Assembly: GCA_963662285.2 (NCBI GenBank)
Contig: CAXXMV010000006.1
Coordinates: 832,001-896,000, forward strand
Source of the DNA: a bacterium
GTDB taxonomy: Bacteria > Hinthialibacterota > Hinthialibacteria > Hinthialibacterales > Hinthialibacteraceae
Direction of reading: 5' to 3'
Length of the DNA: 64,000 nt
A model generated the notes under the pieces. It was not told the DNA's origin and did no database searches. It worked only from the letters and a program-made list of their open reading frames with translations. This document shows, piece by piece, positions 31,894 through 42,110 of the stretch. Within the stretch, counting starts at the first letter, position 1. The number at the start of each line of letters is the position of its first letter. Position numbers and translations under genes: made by a program.

Positions 31894-32111
31894 TTCTATC
31901 ATCAATGCTTTGTATCAAGCATAGTTTATATCTTATCACTTTATTCGGATATCACGTAAAGTTCCGAATATGATATGCATATCATACTGCTTGACAAGGT
32001 CTTTTCCAGATTTCCTGCAAGATGAACCCTGACCATGAATTCTTTTTGCGTGATAATATATAAAGCTTAAACCAAATATAATGAAACGCAACTCTAGGGA
32101 GGGTTAATATA

Positions 32112-32768
32112 ATGAATCCAGAAAAATTACTTGGCGGATTGATGCGTATGGGCATGGGGCGCGGCATGGGTATGGGAACCAAGGCAGCGGTTGGCATGGG
32201 TGCGCTGGGAGTGGCGCTGGCGGCTTTTGACCATTTCACCAATCAGTCGCAATCTTCACCCACATTCTCATCCTCGGCTCCACCAAGACCTACGGCGCCT
32301 GGTAATCCGACGCCGCCGCCTTACGCCGGAGCAACTCCACCTCCGCCTCCCGGCGCCTCAGCTGCAACGCCGCCGCCTCCTCCGCCATACGCTGGAGCGG
32401 CGAATAATGATGACGCCGCCGGGCAGGAAGCTGTGCTTTTGATCCGCGCCATGATCGCCGCCGCTAATGCGGATGGAGTAATCGATCAGGATGAGCGTAA
32501 CCGGATTCTGGAAAAATTCCAATCGGCTGATTTGGATGATGATGAGCGCAGTTTCATTCTGCATGAGCTGTTATCTCCCGCTGATCTGGAGACTATAGTA
32601 GGTCTGGCTAATACGCCTGAATTGGCGCAGCAAGTCTATGCCGTTTCGTTGTTATCAATCGAAGCCGATACTGAGGCTGAACATACCTATCTGAGAACTC
32701 TGGCGGAACGGTTGGCCTTAGACGATGATGCTATTCAGAATATTCATACTCAATTGGGAATAGCATGA
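32112..32768 (+). CDS. DUF533 / TerB-like protein
   Basis: LIRAMIAAANADGVID, QVYAVSL, EHTYLRTLAERLAL; Pro-rich linker. Confidence 0.85.
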   Translation: MNPEKLLGGLMRMGMGRGMGMGTKAAVGMGALGVALAAFDHFTNQSQSSPTFSSSAPPRPTAPGNPTPPPYAGATPPPPPGASAATPPPPPPYAGAANNDDAAGQEAVLLIRAMIAAANADGVIDQDERNRILEKFQSADLDDDERSFILHELLSPADLETIVGLANTPELAQQVYAVSLLSIEADTEAEHTYLRTLAERLALDDDAIQNIHTQLGIA

Positions 32769-32899
32769 GGGTTGTGTGATAAACCAGGAATTTTGAATAA
32801 ACGTAACGTCTTTAGCGTATAATTACTATCTGTGCTATACAAAATTTTAAGTAACTTTTTATTAGAATTCAAAAAAAGAATAATTCTGGAGGGTATATC

Positions 32900-33889
32900 A
32901 TGTCTCAGTGGTTTCTAAGTTACGAAGGGCAGCAGTTGGGTCCATTCGATCAATCAGAAGCAGCCCAGAAAGCGCAAGCCAATCCCAACGGATTCGCCTG
33001 GCGCGAGGGTTTAGCCGAGTGGGTTCCGATTTCTCAGGTGGCCGAATTATGTCAACCTTCTACGCCATCCGCCCCACCTCCATCATCCAGACCTACTATC
33101 GCGGATGAAATTGATTTCAAGATTTTCGGAACTGAAATGCAGTTCGTCGAGATTGAACTTGATCCCGGCGAAAGCGCAGTGGCTGAAGCGGGCGCCATGA
33201 TGTACAAGGATAGCTGCATTCAAATGCAGACCATCTTCGGCGACGGCTCGCAACAGACCGGCGGTTTCATGAGCAAACTGCTGGGGGCGGGGAAGCGGCT
33301 GTTGACCGGAGAAAGCCTGTTTATGACCGTCTTCACCCATGAGGGCAGCGGTAAAGCGCATGTGGCTTTTGGAGCGCCGTTCCCTGGAAATTTGATCCCC
33401 GTAACCCTGGGAAATATGGGCGGTTGTTTGATCTGCCAGAAAGACAGTTTCCTGTGCGCCGCTAAAGGCGTATCTATCGGGATTCATTTCCAGAAAAAAA
33501 TCCTGACGGGATTATTCGGCGGTGAGGGCTTCATCATGCAGAAACTGGAAGGCGACGGCATGGCCTTTCTACATGCTGGCGGTACGATCATGGAGCGTAC
33601 GCTCAAACCCGGTGAAGTGCTGCATGTCGATACCGGCTGCGTGGTGGCCATTGAACCGCGGGTGCAATTTGATATCCAACAAGCTGGCGGCATCAAAAGC
33701 ATGTTGTTCGGCGGAGAGGGACTCTTCTTCGCAACCCTGCAAGGCCCCGGAAAAATCTGGCTGCAATCGTTGCCATTCTCCCGCCTGGCGGGACGTATGC
33801 TGGCGGCGGCCCCCAAAAAAGGCGGCAGCGTTGGTGAAGGCTCTATCCTGGGTGGATTAGGTAATTTGTTGGATGGGGATAATCATTAA
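32900..33889 (+). CDS. AIM24 / TIGR00266 family protein with N-terminal GYF_2 domain
   Basis: WF...GQQLGPF...WREGLAEW; AEAGAMM, GESLF, GGEGF. Confidence 0.88.
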   Translation: MSQWFLSYEGQQLGPFDQSEAAQKAQANPNGFAWREGLAEWVPISQVAELCQPSTPSAPPPSSRPTIADEIDFKIFGTEMQFVEIELDPGESAVAEAGAMMYKDSCIQMQTIFGDGSQQTGGFMSKLLGAGKRLLTGESLFMTVFTHEGSGKAHVAFGAPFPGNLIPVTLGNMGGCLICQKDSFLCAAKGVSIGIHFQKKILTGLFGGEGFIMQKLEGDGMAFLHAGGTIMERTLKPGEVLHVDTGCVVAIEPRVQFDIQQAGGIKSMLFGGEGLFFATLQGPGKIWLQSLPFSRLAGRMLAAAPKKGGSVGEGSILGGLGNLLDGDNH

Positions 33890-33905
33890 TTTAAGCGCGT
33901 AGCGC

Positions 33906-33997
33906 GTAGGGTGGGCTAAAAGCCGCGAAGCGGCGTAGCCCACCATGATGCATAGGTGGCTTCCGGTGGGCTACGCTTCGCTTTTAGCCCACCCTAC
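33906..33997. repeat. GTAG REP doublet (REPIN-like)
   Basis: GTAGGGTGGGCTAAAAGC...GCTTTTAGCCCACCCTAC. Confidence 0.85.
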
Positions 33998-34058
33998 TTT
34001 CTACTATTTTCTACTTTCACTAAGTGAACTCATATCTGCTAATATTGCAAATAGTTCA

Positions 34059-34091
34059 GTAGGATGGGACAAAGCGGCAGCGTGTCCCATC
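34059..34091 (+). repeat. GTAG REP (family 1)
   Basis: GTAGGATGGGACA...TGTCCCATC. Confidence 0.8.
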
Positions 34092-34295
34092 GCTTTGGTG
34101 TATCTCATGTCTTTTAATACAATGTGAATTACAAATATCTAGGGTATGTTCTATCAGGATTTTATGTTTAGGAATAGGGCGGTTCGGGTAAACTTTACAT
34201 GGTTGATAAATGTGTAGGTTAATAGAAATCCGATGTGATACGTTTTCGCTTTATCCTATTGACCTTTTGCCTATGTTATTCTTACATAATCCCCC

Positions 34296-34324
34296 TTGAT
34301 CTATAGAACTAGGTACTATAGAAT
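34296..34324 (+). promoter_or_regulatory. TA promoter with overlapping palindromic operator
   Basis: TTGATC-N17-TAGAAT overlapping CTATAG-AACTAGGTA-CTATAG. Confidence 0.6.
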
Positions 34325-34341
34325 AGATTCTGGTTTGGCAG

Positions 34342-34737
34342 GTGAAACAAATGAGTATGATACTTCTTAAAAACAGGTGGTTTGCCAAATTTGCTAGAAA
34401 AAAATGTATCCATGATGCTCAGTTACGCCAAGCGATTAGGGAGATAGAAAAGGGGCAAATAGATGTTGATTATGGTGGAGGGGTAATCAAACAGAGGATT
34501 GCTCGCACCAACCAAGGTAAATCTGGAGGATATCGGTCAATTATTCTTTATCTGCAAGGGAGCAGGGCTTTTTTTGTTTATGGTTTTTCCAAAAGTGAAC
34601 GGGATAATATAAGCGAATTGGAAAAACGGGATTTCAAAGAATTGGCTAAGATTACTTTTGCTCTATCTGAAACAGACTTACTGAAACTTATCGAGATGGG
34701 CGCCTATCAGGAGGTACAGTGTGATGAAAAAGACTAA
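34342..34737 (+). CDS. RelE/ParE family toxin
   Basis: WFAKFARK, DYGGGVIKQRIAR, GKSGGYR, YGFSKSERDNI; true start may be 34351 or 34357. Confidence 0.9.
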   Translation: MKQMSMILLKNRWFAKFARKKCIHDAQLRQAIREIEKGQIDVDYGGGVIKQRIARTNQGKSGGYRSIILYLQGSRAFFVYGFSKSERDNISELEKRDFKELAKITFALSETDLLKLIEMGAYQEVQCDEKD

Positions 34738-35047
34738 AACCTATAAAAGCGAAGCGTTCGCTGCAATCCATGAAACTGTATCCGATATGTATGAGGCGGG
34801 GGTGATTGATAAACAGACCATGCGGCGGTTTGATGATTCCTGTTTGACGCCTATTCATGAGTTTACGCCGGAAGAAATACGGACATTACGGGAACGGGAA
34901 CAGGTTAGCCAAGCCGTTTTCGCTCACCATCTGAACATCTCCAAGGAATCCATTAGCCAGTGGGAACGAGGCAAAAAAAAGCCTCGAGGAACTTCATTAA
35001 AATTGCTTTCCCTTATTGCGCGTAAGGGACTTTCGTTTATTTCTTGA
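34721..35047 (+). CDS. XRE-family HTH antitoxin
   Basis: IRTLREREQVSQAVFA...ISQWERGKKKP; overlaps toxin. Confidence 0.9.
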   Translation: MMKKTKTYKSEAFAAIHETVSDMYEAGVIDKQTMRRFDDSCLTPIHEFTPEEIRTLREREQVSQAVFAHHLNISKESISQWERGKKKPRGTSLKLLSLIARKGLSFIS

Positions 35048-35054
35048 GAAAATC

Positions 35055-35097
35055 AGGTGGTTTCGATGGGACGCGCTTTCGTTTTGTCCCATCCTAC
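35055..35097 (-). repeat. GTAG REP (family 1)
   Basis: AGGTGGTTTCGATGGGACGCGCTTTCGTTTTGTCCCATCCTAC. Confidence 0.85.
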
Positions 35098-35237
35098 TTT
35101 TACTACTTTACTGCCCTTGGCGCCCGTGTGTTTGAAGATATAGAGCGATAATTTTCCGGTTAAATTTAGGGAATCTTATTCTATAATGTAATTGCTTCCT
35201 GTTGTGACCGTACTCTTGAGGAGAGGCAGACGGGGAA

Positions 35238-35900
35238 ATGGATTATACAAGAATTCGTAAATTATCATTACAGGTATTCATTGGTTTTTTAGCGTTAACA
35301 GCGCTTATTGCTATTGCCGCGCTATTGAGTGGCAATAGCGATCCAGTTACAGGCAAGATACTGTTAACCAGTCTAACCATATCCGGCGCAAGTATTTGTT
35401 CCATGTCATGCGTGGCTTTTCTGGAAAAACGAAAGAAATTGATTGCGCTTGGCTTTTTTGGCATCTTCCTTTCAATTATTGCAGCCATCTTGATCACCAT
35501 CGGGATCTGGCCTGATATCCGAAATGAACTGTATTGGAAAAGCACATGGAATATAATTGTATTCGCTATCGCATTCGCTCATGCGTTTCTTCTCTCGAAT
35601 CCACATCTGGACCTTGGACATCAATGGATTCAGCCTGTTTCAGCGATAACAATCGGGATACTTTCGATTCAAGTCAATTTCGCGATTTGGAGTAAAGTTG
35701 ACAATGATTTTTATCTCCGGCTACTTGCTGTGACTGCGATCCTTGTTGCATTAGAAACCCTCATTATCCCGATACTCATGAAATTACGCAAAGAAACACC
35801 TGCAAAAGGTACTACTCTAACCTTAGAACATATCAAAGATGATTTGTATCAGGATTCGAATGGAAAAGTATATGTCTTAACAGAAAGAATTGAAGAATAA
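35238..35900 (+). CDS. Hypothetical integral membrane protein
   Basis: Six hydrophobic segments. Confidence 0.75.
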   Translation: MDYTRIRKLSLQVFIGFLALTALIAIAALLSGNSDPVTGKILLTSLTISGASICSMSCVAFLEKRKKLIALGFFGIFLSIIAAILITIGIWPDIRNELYWKSTWNIIVFAIAFAHAFLLSNPHLDLGHQWIQPVSAITIGILSIQVNFAIWSKVDNDFYLRLLAVTAILVALETLIIPILMKLRKETPAKGTTLTLEHIKDDLYQDSNGKVYVLTERIEE

Positions 35901-35906
35901 AGTGAT

Positions 35907-35949
35907 AGGCGGCTTAGATGGGACGCGCTTTCGCTTTGTCCCATCCTAC
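35907..35949 (-). repeat. GTAG REP (family 1)
   Basis: Near-identical to 35055-35097. Confidence 0.85.
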
Positions 35950-35955
35950 TTCTTC

Positions 35956-37365
35956 TCATCCTGCTTTTTTTAATTGATCTACTTTATGTCTGCTTATATT
36001 TTTATCACGCCAAGTTCTTAACTGCTTCAGTAATTCCTTGGATTTATTGGGATTTTGTTTGGCTAAATTGTGTTGCTCTCCGATATCTTTGTTAAGATCG
36101 TACAATTCAATCTCGTTTGTATCATAGAACTCAATCAGTTTCCAGTTTTGGGAGCGGATGGAGCCTGCTGATCTTCCTCCGAGAAAGTGAGGTTTTTCGA
36201 GAGGGTAATACCAGTATAGATTTCTTTCGGGGAAATTATTGTTCGGTTCTTTAAGAAGAGTTGAGAAGGATACGCCATCCAGAGGATGTTGTTTTGGAAT
36301 AGATGTTTTTGCCAAATCGCACAGGGTCGGGTAGAAGTCGATGCTGCAAACGGGAGTTTGACAAACGTTTCCCGCTTTGATGTTTCCTGGCCAGTGAACG
36401 ATTAATGGTTCACGAACGCCGCCTTCGTATAGGGTGGATTTCCCCGCACGAAGGGGGTGGTTGGTGGTGACGCGGTCTTCTCCGCCGTTATCGGAGGTGA
36501 AGACGATGATGGTGTCATCGAGTAACTGTAGGTCGCGTAACTTATGCACGATGTCTCCTACGCCTTGGTCGATACATTCTAACTGAGCCGCTAAATGGGG
36601 ATTGTTATGCTTGGCTTTGTGATCTTTTCCCGCGCCGGGTTTATTTTGATATTTTTGGACGAGTTCGGGCTTACCGTCCAATTTTGTGTGAACGGCGTAG
36701 TGGCTTAGATAGAGGAAGAAAGGTTCTTCTTGATGGCGTTCGATGAAATCAAGGGCTTCCAGATTACTGCGGTCAACCAGGTGTTCCTTGCCGGGGATTT
36801 TTTTTGTGATTTCACGATTGAAATGATAGGGGAAGAAATAACTACCGCTGGAGATGCCTCTGTTTTCAGAGATGATTACTTCGTCGAAGCCGTGTTTGTC
36901 CGGAGAACTTTCATGGGCGCCGTGGTTTTTGTAGCCGGTTAAATGCCATTTGCCGATGATGCCGGTTTTGTAGCCTGCGTTGTGGAAAGTTTCGGGCAGG
37001 GTGACTAAATCTTCATCCAGGTGTTTGGGGTCGTTAGGGCGCAAGTAGTCGGTAATGCCTACGCGGGCGGGATATTGTCCGGTCATCAAACTGGCCCGGT
37101 AGGGAGAACAGACCGGAGCGGCGGCGTAGGCGCAGTCGAAGCGGATTCCGTTTCGGGCAAGGCGGTCGAGGTGGGGCGTTTCGTTGAAGGTGTTGCCGTA
37201 GCATCCCAATTCGGCCCAACCCAGGTCATCGGCCAGGATGAAGATAATGTTGGGTTTTCTTTGCTCTGTGTTTTGGGTCAGGGCTTGAGATGGATTTAGT
37301 CCTAATGCAGCCAGTGCGCTTATAGAACGTAAGAAATTACGGCGTGGAATTGGGATTGGTTTCAT
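35956..37365 (-). CDS. Tat-exported sulfatase
   Basis: RRNFLR; ADDLG; CSPYRASLMTG; GKWH; SDNG. Confidence 0.93.
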   Translation of the reverse strand: MKPIPIPRRNFLRSISALAALGLNPSQALTQNTEQRKPNIIFILADDLGWAELGCYGNTFNETPHLDRLARNGIRFDCAYAAAPVCSPYRASLMTGQYPARVGITDYLRPNDPKHLDEDLVTLPETFHNAGYKTGIIGKWHLTGYKNHGAHESSPDKHGFDEVIISENRGISSGSYFFPYHFNREITKKIPGKEHLVDRSNLEALDFIERHQEEPFFLYLSHYAVHTKLDGKPELVQKYQNKPGAGKDHKAKHNNPHLAAQLECIDQGVGDIVHKLRDLQLLDDTIIVFTSDNGGEDRVTTNHPLRAGKSTLYEGGVREPLIVHWPGNIKAGNVCQTPVCSIDFYPTLCDLAKTSIPKQHPLDGVSFSTLLKEPNNNFPERNLYWYYPLEKPHFLGGRSAGSIRSQNWKLIEFYDTNEIELYDLNKDIGEQHNLAKQNPNKSKELLKQLRTWRDKNISRHKVDQLKKAG

Positions 37366-37401
37366 TTGTTATATACCTTTTAGTTTATGATTATGATGTA
37401 T

Positions 37402-37444
37402 AGGTGGTTTTGATGGGACACGCTGGTGCTTTGTCTCATCCTTC
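37402..37444 (-). repeat. GTAG REP (family 1, degenerate)
   Basis: AGGTGGTTTTGATGGGACACG...TGTCTCATCC. Confidence 0.7.
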
Positions 37445-37456
37445 TTCTTCTTTAGC

Positions 37457-38962
37457 TTAGAAATCTCCTCTTGCGCTGCGAATAATATTTCTGTTTTTAT
37501 CCATCCAGTGATCCCGGTAGTAGGTGGACTCTTCGAAATTGTCGTTAAGCGAATGGATTTTTTTCTGCAGAGCGGTCCGGTATTTTTCCATAAGGTTCTG
37601 ATGGACGCCGCCGTAAGCCAGGTTCTTCATCTGGTATGGATCGTTTTGGTGGTCGAAAAGCATTTCCTGGTGGTCCTTGCGGAATATGGCATAGGTGTAC
37701 CGCTTGTCACGCAGGGCGCGCCATTCGTGACCGTTTTCCCATGCGGCGCAGGTGCCGGTGTTCATCAGCAGCGCGTATTCCGGTTCGGGGGCGTTTTCGC
37801 CAAAGGCTATGCGGCTCAGGTCCATGCCTTCAACGGAACCGGGGATTTCCAGGTTTGCCATTCCAAGCAAAGTAGGCATGATATCGACGGTATTAAGGCA
37901 GGCGTCTGTAACGGTATCCGCCGGGATCATTTTGGGCCAGCGGATGAGGAACGGGATGCGGGCCGCTTCGTCGAAGAATATATTCTTTTTCATGCGCCCC
38001 TGTGCGCCGAACATCTCGCCGTGGTCGGATGTAAATACTACGATGGTGTTATCGGCGAGACCCATTTTTTTGAGCGCGTCCATCAAGCGTCCCACGTTCC
38101 AATCCAGGTTTTCGGTCATGGCGTAGTAGGCCCGTTTCCAGTCGCGGATTTTTTCGGGACTTTTATCGATGTTCGACCAATCGTCGCCGTAGGGATCGAG
38201 TTTGTCCGAGTAGTTAGGCGGGATGGCAAATTCCTGGTTCTTGAAATGGTCGTAATATTCTGTGGGGACGTTTTGATCAGTCCAGGGGTCGTGCGGGGTT
38301 CCGTAGGAAAGAACCATTGCGAAAGGTTTAACAGACTGGCTGGCTTTCTGTATGTATGATATAGCCAAGTCAGTTTGGCCGTCGGGTTCGTAGACGCCTT
38401 TGTCGAAGTGAATCTTTTCCGGCGATTCGGTGTGGTAGTAGGCGTTTTCGCCGTAATACTGATGGTGGAAATTATAGGCCGCCCAGTAGCCATCAAAACC
38501 GAGGCGGTGGGGACCGCGCGGAACGAAGGAATTCTTGGGATCGAAATGGTTGCCCAGTTCATTGGCGTATAAATGCCACTTGCCGATGTATCCGGTGTTG
38601 TATCCGGCTTTGGTTAAGCAATGTCCCATGCAGGTTTGGTTTGGATTCATGCGCAGTTCGTTGATGACCATGCCGGTGCTGGTGGTATACTTTCCGGTGA
38701 ATAGCGAAGCGCGGTATGCGGAACAAACCGGCATGGAAGAGACCGCCTGTCTAAAGTTGACGCTTTGCATGGATAAGAGGTCGAGGTTCGGCGTCCGCGC
38801 TTGTGCGTCGCCCGTGTATCCGCAGGATTGATAGCGCAGTTGGTCGGCCAGGATGTAGACGATGTTAGGTTTTTTAGAATCTTCGGCGAATCCGTTGGCG
38901 GCGATGGTTGCGGCCGAGAGTCCGGCGGCGGTGGTTTTAATAAACTGTCGTCTGTTTTGCAT
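37457..38962 (-). CDS. Tat-exported sulfatase
   Basis: RRQFIK; ADQLR; CSAYRASLFTG; GKWH; SDHG. Confidence 0.93.
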   Translation of the reverse strand: MQNRRQFIKTTAAGLSAATIAANGFAEDSKKPNIVYILADQLRYQSCGYTGDAQARTPNLDLLSMQSVNFRQAVSSMPVCSAYRASLFTGKYTTSTGMVINELRMNPNQTCMGHCLTKAGYNTGYIGKWHLYANELGNHFDPKNSFVPRGPHRLGFDGYWAAYNFHHQYYGENAYYHTESPEKIHFDKGVYEPDGQTDLAISYIQKASQSVKPFAMVLSYGTPHDPWTDQNVPTEYYDHFKNQEFAIPPNYSDKLDPYGDDWSNIDKSPEKIRDWKRAYYAMTENLDWNVGRLMDALKKMGLADNTIVVFTSDHGEMFGAQGRMKKNIFFDEAARIPFLIRWPKMIPADTVTDACLNTVDIMPTLLGMANLEIPGSVEGMDLSRIAFGENAPEPEYALLMNTGTCAAWENGHEWRALRDKRYTYAIFRKDHQEMLFDHQNDPYQMKNLAYGGVHQNLMEKYRTALQKKIHSLNDNFEESTYYRDHWMDKNRNIIRSARGDF

Positions 38963-39010
38963 TTCGTTCCTCGCTAATTCGGTATGTCATTATATGGTGA
39001 GTCGGCGAAA

Positions 39011-39053
39011 AGGTGGTTTTGATGGGACGCGCTTTCGTTTTGCCCCATCCTAC
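39011..39053 (-). repeat. GTAG REP (family 1)
   Basis: Near-identical to 35055-35097. Confidence 0.85.
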
Positions 39054-39085
39054 TTTGCTTTATAATTGAAACGCTGTTTTGGGTT

Positions 39086-40159
39086 TCATGAACGTTTTCT
39101 GGGTGAGATAGTCCCGCCGCCTAGTATTTCATCATTAACCGACAGAACCAATGCCTGACCTGGAGCGACTGCATATTGGGGATTTTCGAATTTAACTGTA
39201 AAGCCATTTTCATCCAGTTGCGTAACCATCGCGGGCGACGGCGTATGCCGCGAACGGATCTGCCCTAATACTTGATCGCCTACCTGTGGGGCGTCTATCC
39301 AGCGAGGTAGAAAAGCGCTTACTTCAGAAACCGCCAGGTCTTCTTTTTTACCGACTATGATAGCATTATTCTTCACGTCAATTTCACATACGAAGAACGG
39401 TCCATCAGTTAATCCAATGCCTTTGCGCTGCCCGACTGTATAGTGAATCACTCCGGGATGAGTTCCCAGTTGTTCGCCCAGTAAATCAAGGATGGGGCCT
39501 TCTCTATCTTCGACGTATTGCGCCAGGAACTCATTATAAGAACGGCCTGTGGTGAAGCATATCTCCTGACTTTCAGCTTTGTCGGCGGTGGGTAAGTTCA
39601 ATTCTTGAGCTATGGCGCGGACTTCTTCTTTGGTGATCTCACCCAGGGGGAACCGGATTAGCTTGAGCAACTCGCGCCTTATGCCATAAAGAAAATAACT
39701 CTGGTCTTTCTCGCGGAATTTAGCGCGGTACATGCGGGGAGTACCATGCTGCTCATGAATCAGCTGGGCATAATGCCCGGTAGCGACATAACTGCAATCG
39801 TGTTCCTGCGCCAGTTCGTAGGCCTCCTCGAAACGGACGAAACTGTTGCAGTAAACGCATGGATTGGGAGTTAGTCCATCCTTATAACTTTGGATGAAGG
39901 GTTCAATCACCTGTTCGCCGAATTTTTTCATGGTGTTAACCGCGCAATGTTCGATGCCCAGTTTATCAGCCACCGCCCTTGCATCAAGAATAGCTTGCCG
40001 GGAGCAACAGGCGTCAGACTCATCCACTGGAATCGAATCAATCTGATTCATGGTGACGCCCACCACTTCAAACTTGCGGCGTTGCAGCAGCACTGCGGCG
40101 ACGCTGCTATCTACGCCGCCGCTCATTAAGAGTAATATTCGTTGGTTCATTGTTTGCAT
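39086..40159 (-). CDS. mnmA: tRNA 2-thiouridylase
   Basis: MSGGVDS, TPNPCVYCN, ATGHY, KDQSYFL, ESQEICF, APGQ. Confidence 0.96.
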   Translation of the reverse strand: MQTMNQRILLLMSGGVDSSVAAVLLQRRKFEVVGVTMNQIDSIPVDESDACCSRQAILDARAVADKLGIEHCAVNTMKKFGEQVIEPFIQSYKDGLTPNPCVYCNSFVRFEEAYELAQEHDCSYVATGHYAQLIHEQHGTPRMYRAKFREKDQSYFLYGIRRELLKLIRFPLGEITKEEVRAIAQELNLPTADKAESQEICFTTGRSYNEFLAQYVEDREGPILDLLGEQLGTHPGVIHYTVGQRKGIGLTDGPFFVCEIDVKNNAIIVGKKEDLAVSEVSAFLPRWIDAPQVGDQVLGQIRSRHTPSPAMVTQLDENGFTVKFENPQYAVAPGQALVLSVNDEILGGGTISPRKRS

Positions 40160-40211
40160 AGTAGCGTTTTGATTTTCGTTTTAGTATGAAACAGGGGTGG
40201 TTTTATATAAT

Positions 40212-40246
40212 CCCTCACCCTTACCCTCTCCCGTGGGGAGAGGGGA
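40212..40246. repeat. Family 2-related hairpin
   Basis: CCCTCACCCTTACCCTCTCCCGTGGGGAGAGGGGA. Confidence 0.55.
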
Positions 40247-40329
40247 TTTTTTATCCGGTGTTTTTTGTTGGAGAAATTACTCGCGTTTTATATGTATATA
40301 ATATAATAGTCAATCCGTCTAAAAAACAA

Positions 40330-40367
40330 AGCGGGAGTTGGAGATCAAAAGATTTCCAACTCCCGTT
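40330..40367 (-). terminator. Hairpin terminator after porin gene
   Basis: GCGGGAGTTGGA...TCCAACTCCCG with T-rich tail on minus strand. Confidence 0.7.
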
Positions 40368-40399
40368 AATTTTAATAAGCCAAAGTCTTTGTATAAATT

Positions 40400-41779
40400 C
40401 TAGAATTTATACATTAAAGTCGCCTGGAAGCGTATGCTGTCTCCATCTTCCCGGTCTTTGTATTCTGTATCCCAATACGATATTTCAAGACCAGTCAATA
40501 CAGACTTATTCAGCTGCCAGAATACGTTTCCAAAGATGGATGAATTCTGTGAACGCTGAGCTGCATTAAGGTCGTCATTGTCAGGATCATCAATGGTGGC
40601 GCCGATGGTGTAAGTTAAGTCATCGAATGGCCCCAAAGCTAAAGCAGCCCAACCGCCGTTACTGCGGATGCCTTCCAGAGGATATTCAGCGCCGTTAGCT
40701 GGATTACCGTCACGGTCGACGCCATGGATTCCCTGGGCGATGCCGCCAAGATAAGCATCCATGTTTTCGCCTATCCAGGCTTCACCCTTGAGCGCTGCTT
40801 TTTCGCATAGTGGCATGTTCAGGTCTAATACGCCCGACCAGGTGTCAATATCATTGCCATTATCGAATAGATCGGTGTCTACCTCTTCCTGTCCCCAATG
40901 ACCTGATAAACCAATGGTCGTGTCTTTATCGGACAGTAGAGGGAATGAAAGGGCTAAACGTCCTTGCAATGTCGGGAAGCCGGAATCTTCTCCAGCGCTT
41001 CCTGCATTCATGCCAAAGATTGAATCGCCGATGGTGCGGGTCAATGCGCCCTCCATTTGCAGGCGGACTTCTTCATTTACGGCGAATCCTTTGGTTAAAC
41101 GGAACTGTGGGCGACGGTAGCCGATATCTCCAGCCCACCAGGCTACAGAATAATTAATTGTGTTAGGCACCAGAGGAGCAATGACGTCACTGGTCTGTCC
41201 GGCGATGATATTAAAATCATAATCAGGCCAATCAAGTTTCATGAAGGCATGACGCATCATCAGGTGAGACTTGTTTTCCGCACCGCCGCCGTAGAAATCG
41301 ACTTCAACCTGGCCGCTGGTTTTGGCATCGCCTAAATCAGGACCATGTAATTTCATGCCAAGGCGGGTCTGGTTGGCGGTTGCATTGAACCGGTCATCAT
41401 CATCAGTTACCGAATCTGATACAGCCCATTGCGCAAAATTTCCCACGCTGGTTTGATCGGTATCATACGAAGCGTCAAATTTCAAGTATCCGTATAGTTC
41501 GATGGCTTGCGAGCTGCTTACCGCCGGTTTATCTTCCTTCACAACAGATGTTTCAATCGTCTGGGTAACTTTTTCCTGCTTTTGCAGACGATTTTGCAGA
41601 GTTGAGTTGACGCCTTCCAACTCCGTCACTCTTGATTGAAGCGCTTTGATCTGTTGCTGCATTTCGCGCAATATCTCTTTTTCAGTTTGCGCGTTTGCTT
41701 GCCCAGCCCAGCATCCAAATAGGATGACAAGCCCCAATACTACTGGAATAAACTTACAATGATACACTCTCATACACAT
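40400..41779 (-). CDS. DcaP-like outer-membrane porin
   Basis: Signal peptide, coiled coil, LYGYLKFD, QTRLG, VEVDFYG, RRPQFR, terminal YKF beta-signal. Confidence 0.8.
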   Translation of the reverse strand: MCMRVYHCKFIPVVLGLVILFGCWAGQANAQTEKEILREMQQQIKALQSRVTELEGVNSTLQNRLQKQEKVTQTIETSVVKEDKPAVSSSQAIELYGYLKFDASYDTDQTSVGNFAQWAVSDSVTDDDDRFNATANQTRLGMKLHGPDLGDAKTSGQVEVDFYGGGAENKSHLMMRHAFMKLDWPDYDFNIIAGQTSDVIAPLVPNTINYSVAWWAGDIGYRRPQFRLTKGFAVNEEVRLQMEGALTRTIGDSIFGMNAGSAGEDSGFPTLQGRLALSFPLLSDKDTTIGLSGHWGQEEVDTDLFDNGNDIDTWSGVLDLNMPLCEKAALKGEAWIGENMDAYLGGIAQGIHGVDRDGNPANGAEYPLEGIRSNGGWAALALGPFDDLTYTIGATIDDPDNDDLNAAQRSQNSSIFGNVFWQLNKSVLTGLEISYWDTEYKDREDGDSIRFQATLMYKF

Positions 41780-42110
41780 ATACCTCCCTAATATATTTTT
41801 GTACTGTACCTGTTTACGAATAATTATCCCTGCGTACAGATTTGTCTTTTATTATAAATGTATTATCAATAATACAAAGGAAAAGGATATTCTACTTCAA
41901 ATATTTAATATTACGGAACTTATGAAGGTTTAGTGAAACATTGTATAGGTACTATTCATATATCTGGGCTATGTGTAAATAATTTTGCAGGTTCGATGAA
42001 CATGTTGGATTGGTTTTATGAAAAATTTTAATATTTAAAAATACGTAGAGTGCTTCCCCGCAAAGAGCGTTGCGAATTATTATGGTGATGAAAATACTAT
42101 CGGGGTCGCG

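Noticed and set aside
37508-38359. 283-aa plus-strand ORF and similar antisense ORFs (e.g. 29045-29602, 49770-50282)
   Set aside because: Shadows of well-supported genes on the opposite strand, with no motifs
35055-39053. Integron attC cassette array
   Set aside because: The repeats lack RYYYAAC/GTTRRRY ends and there is no integrase; the GTAG-hairpin form fits REPs
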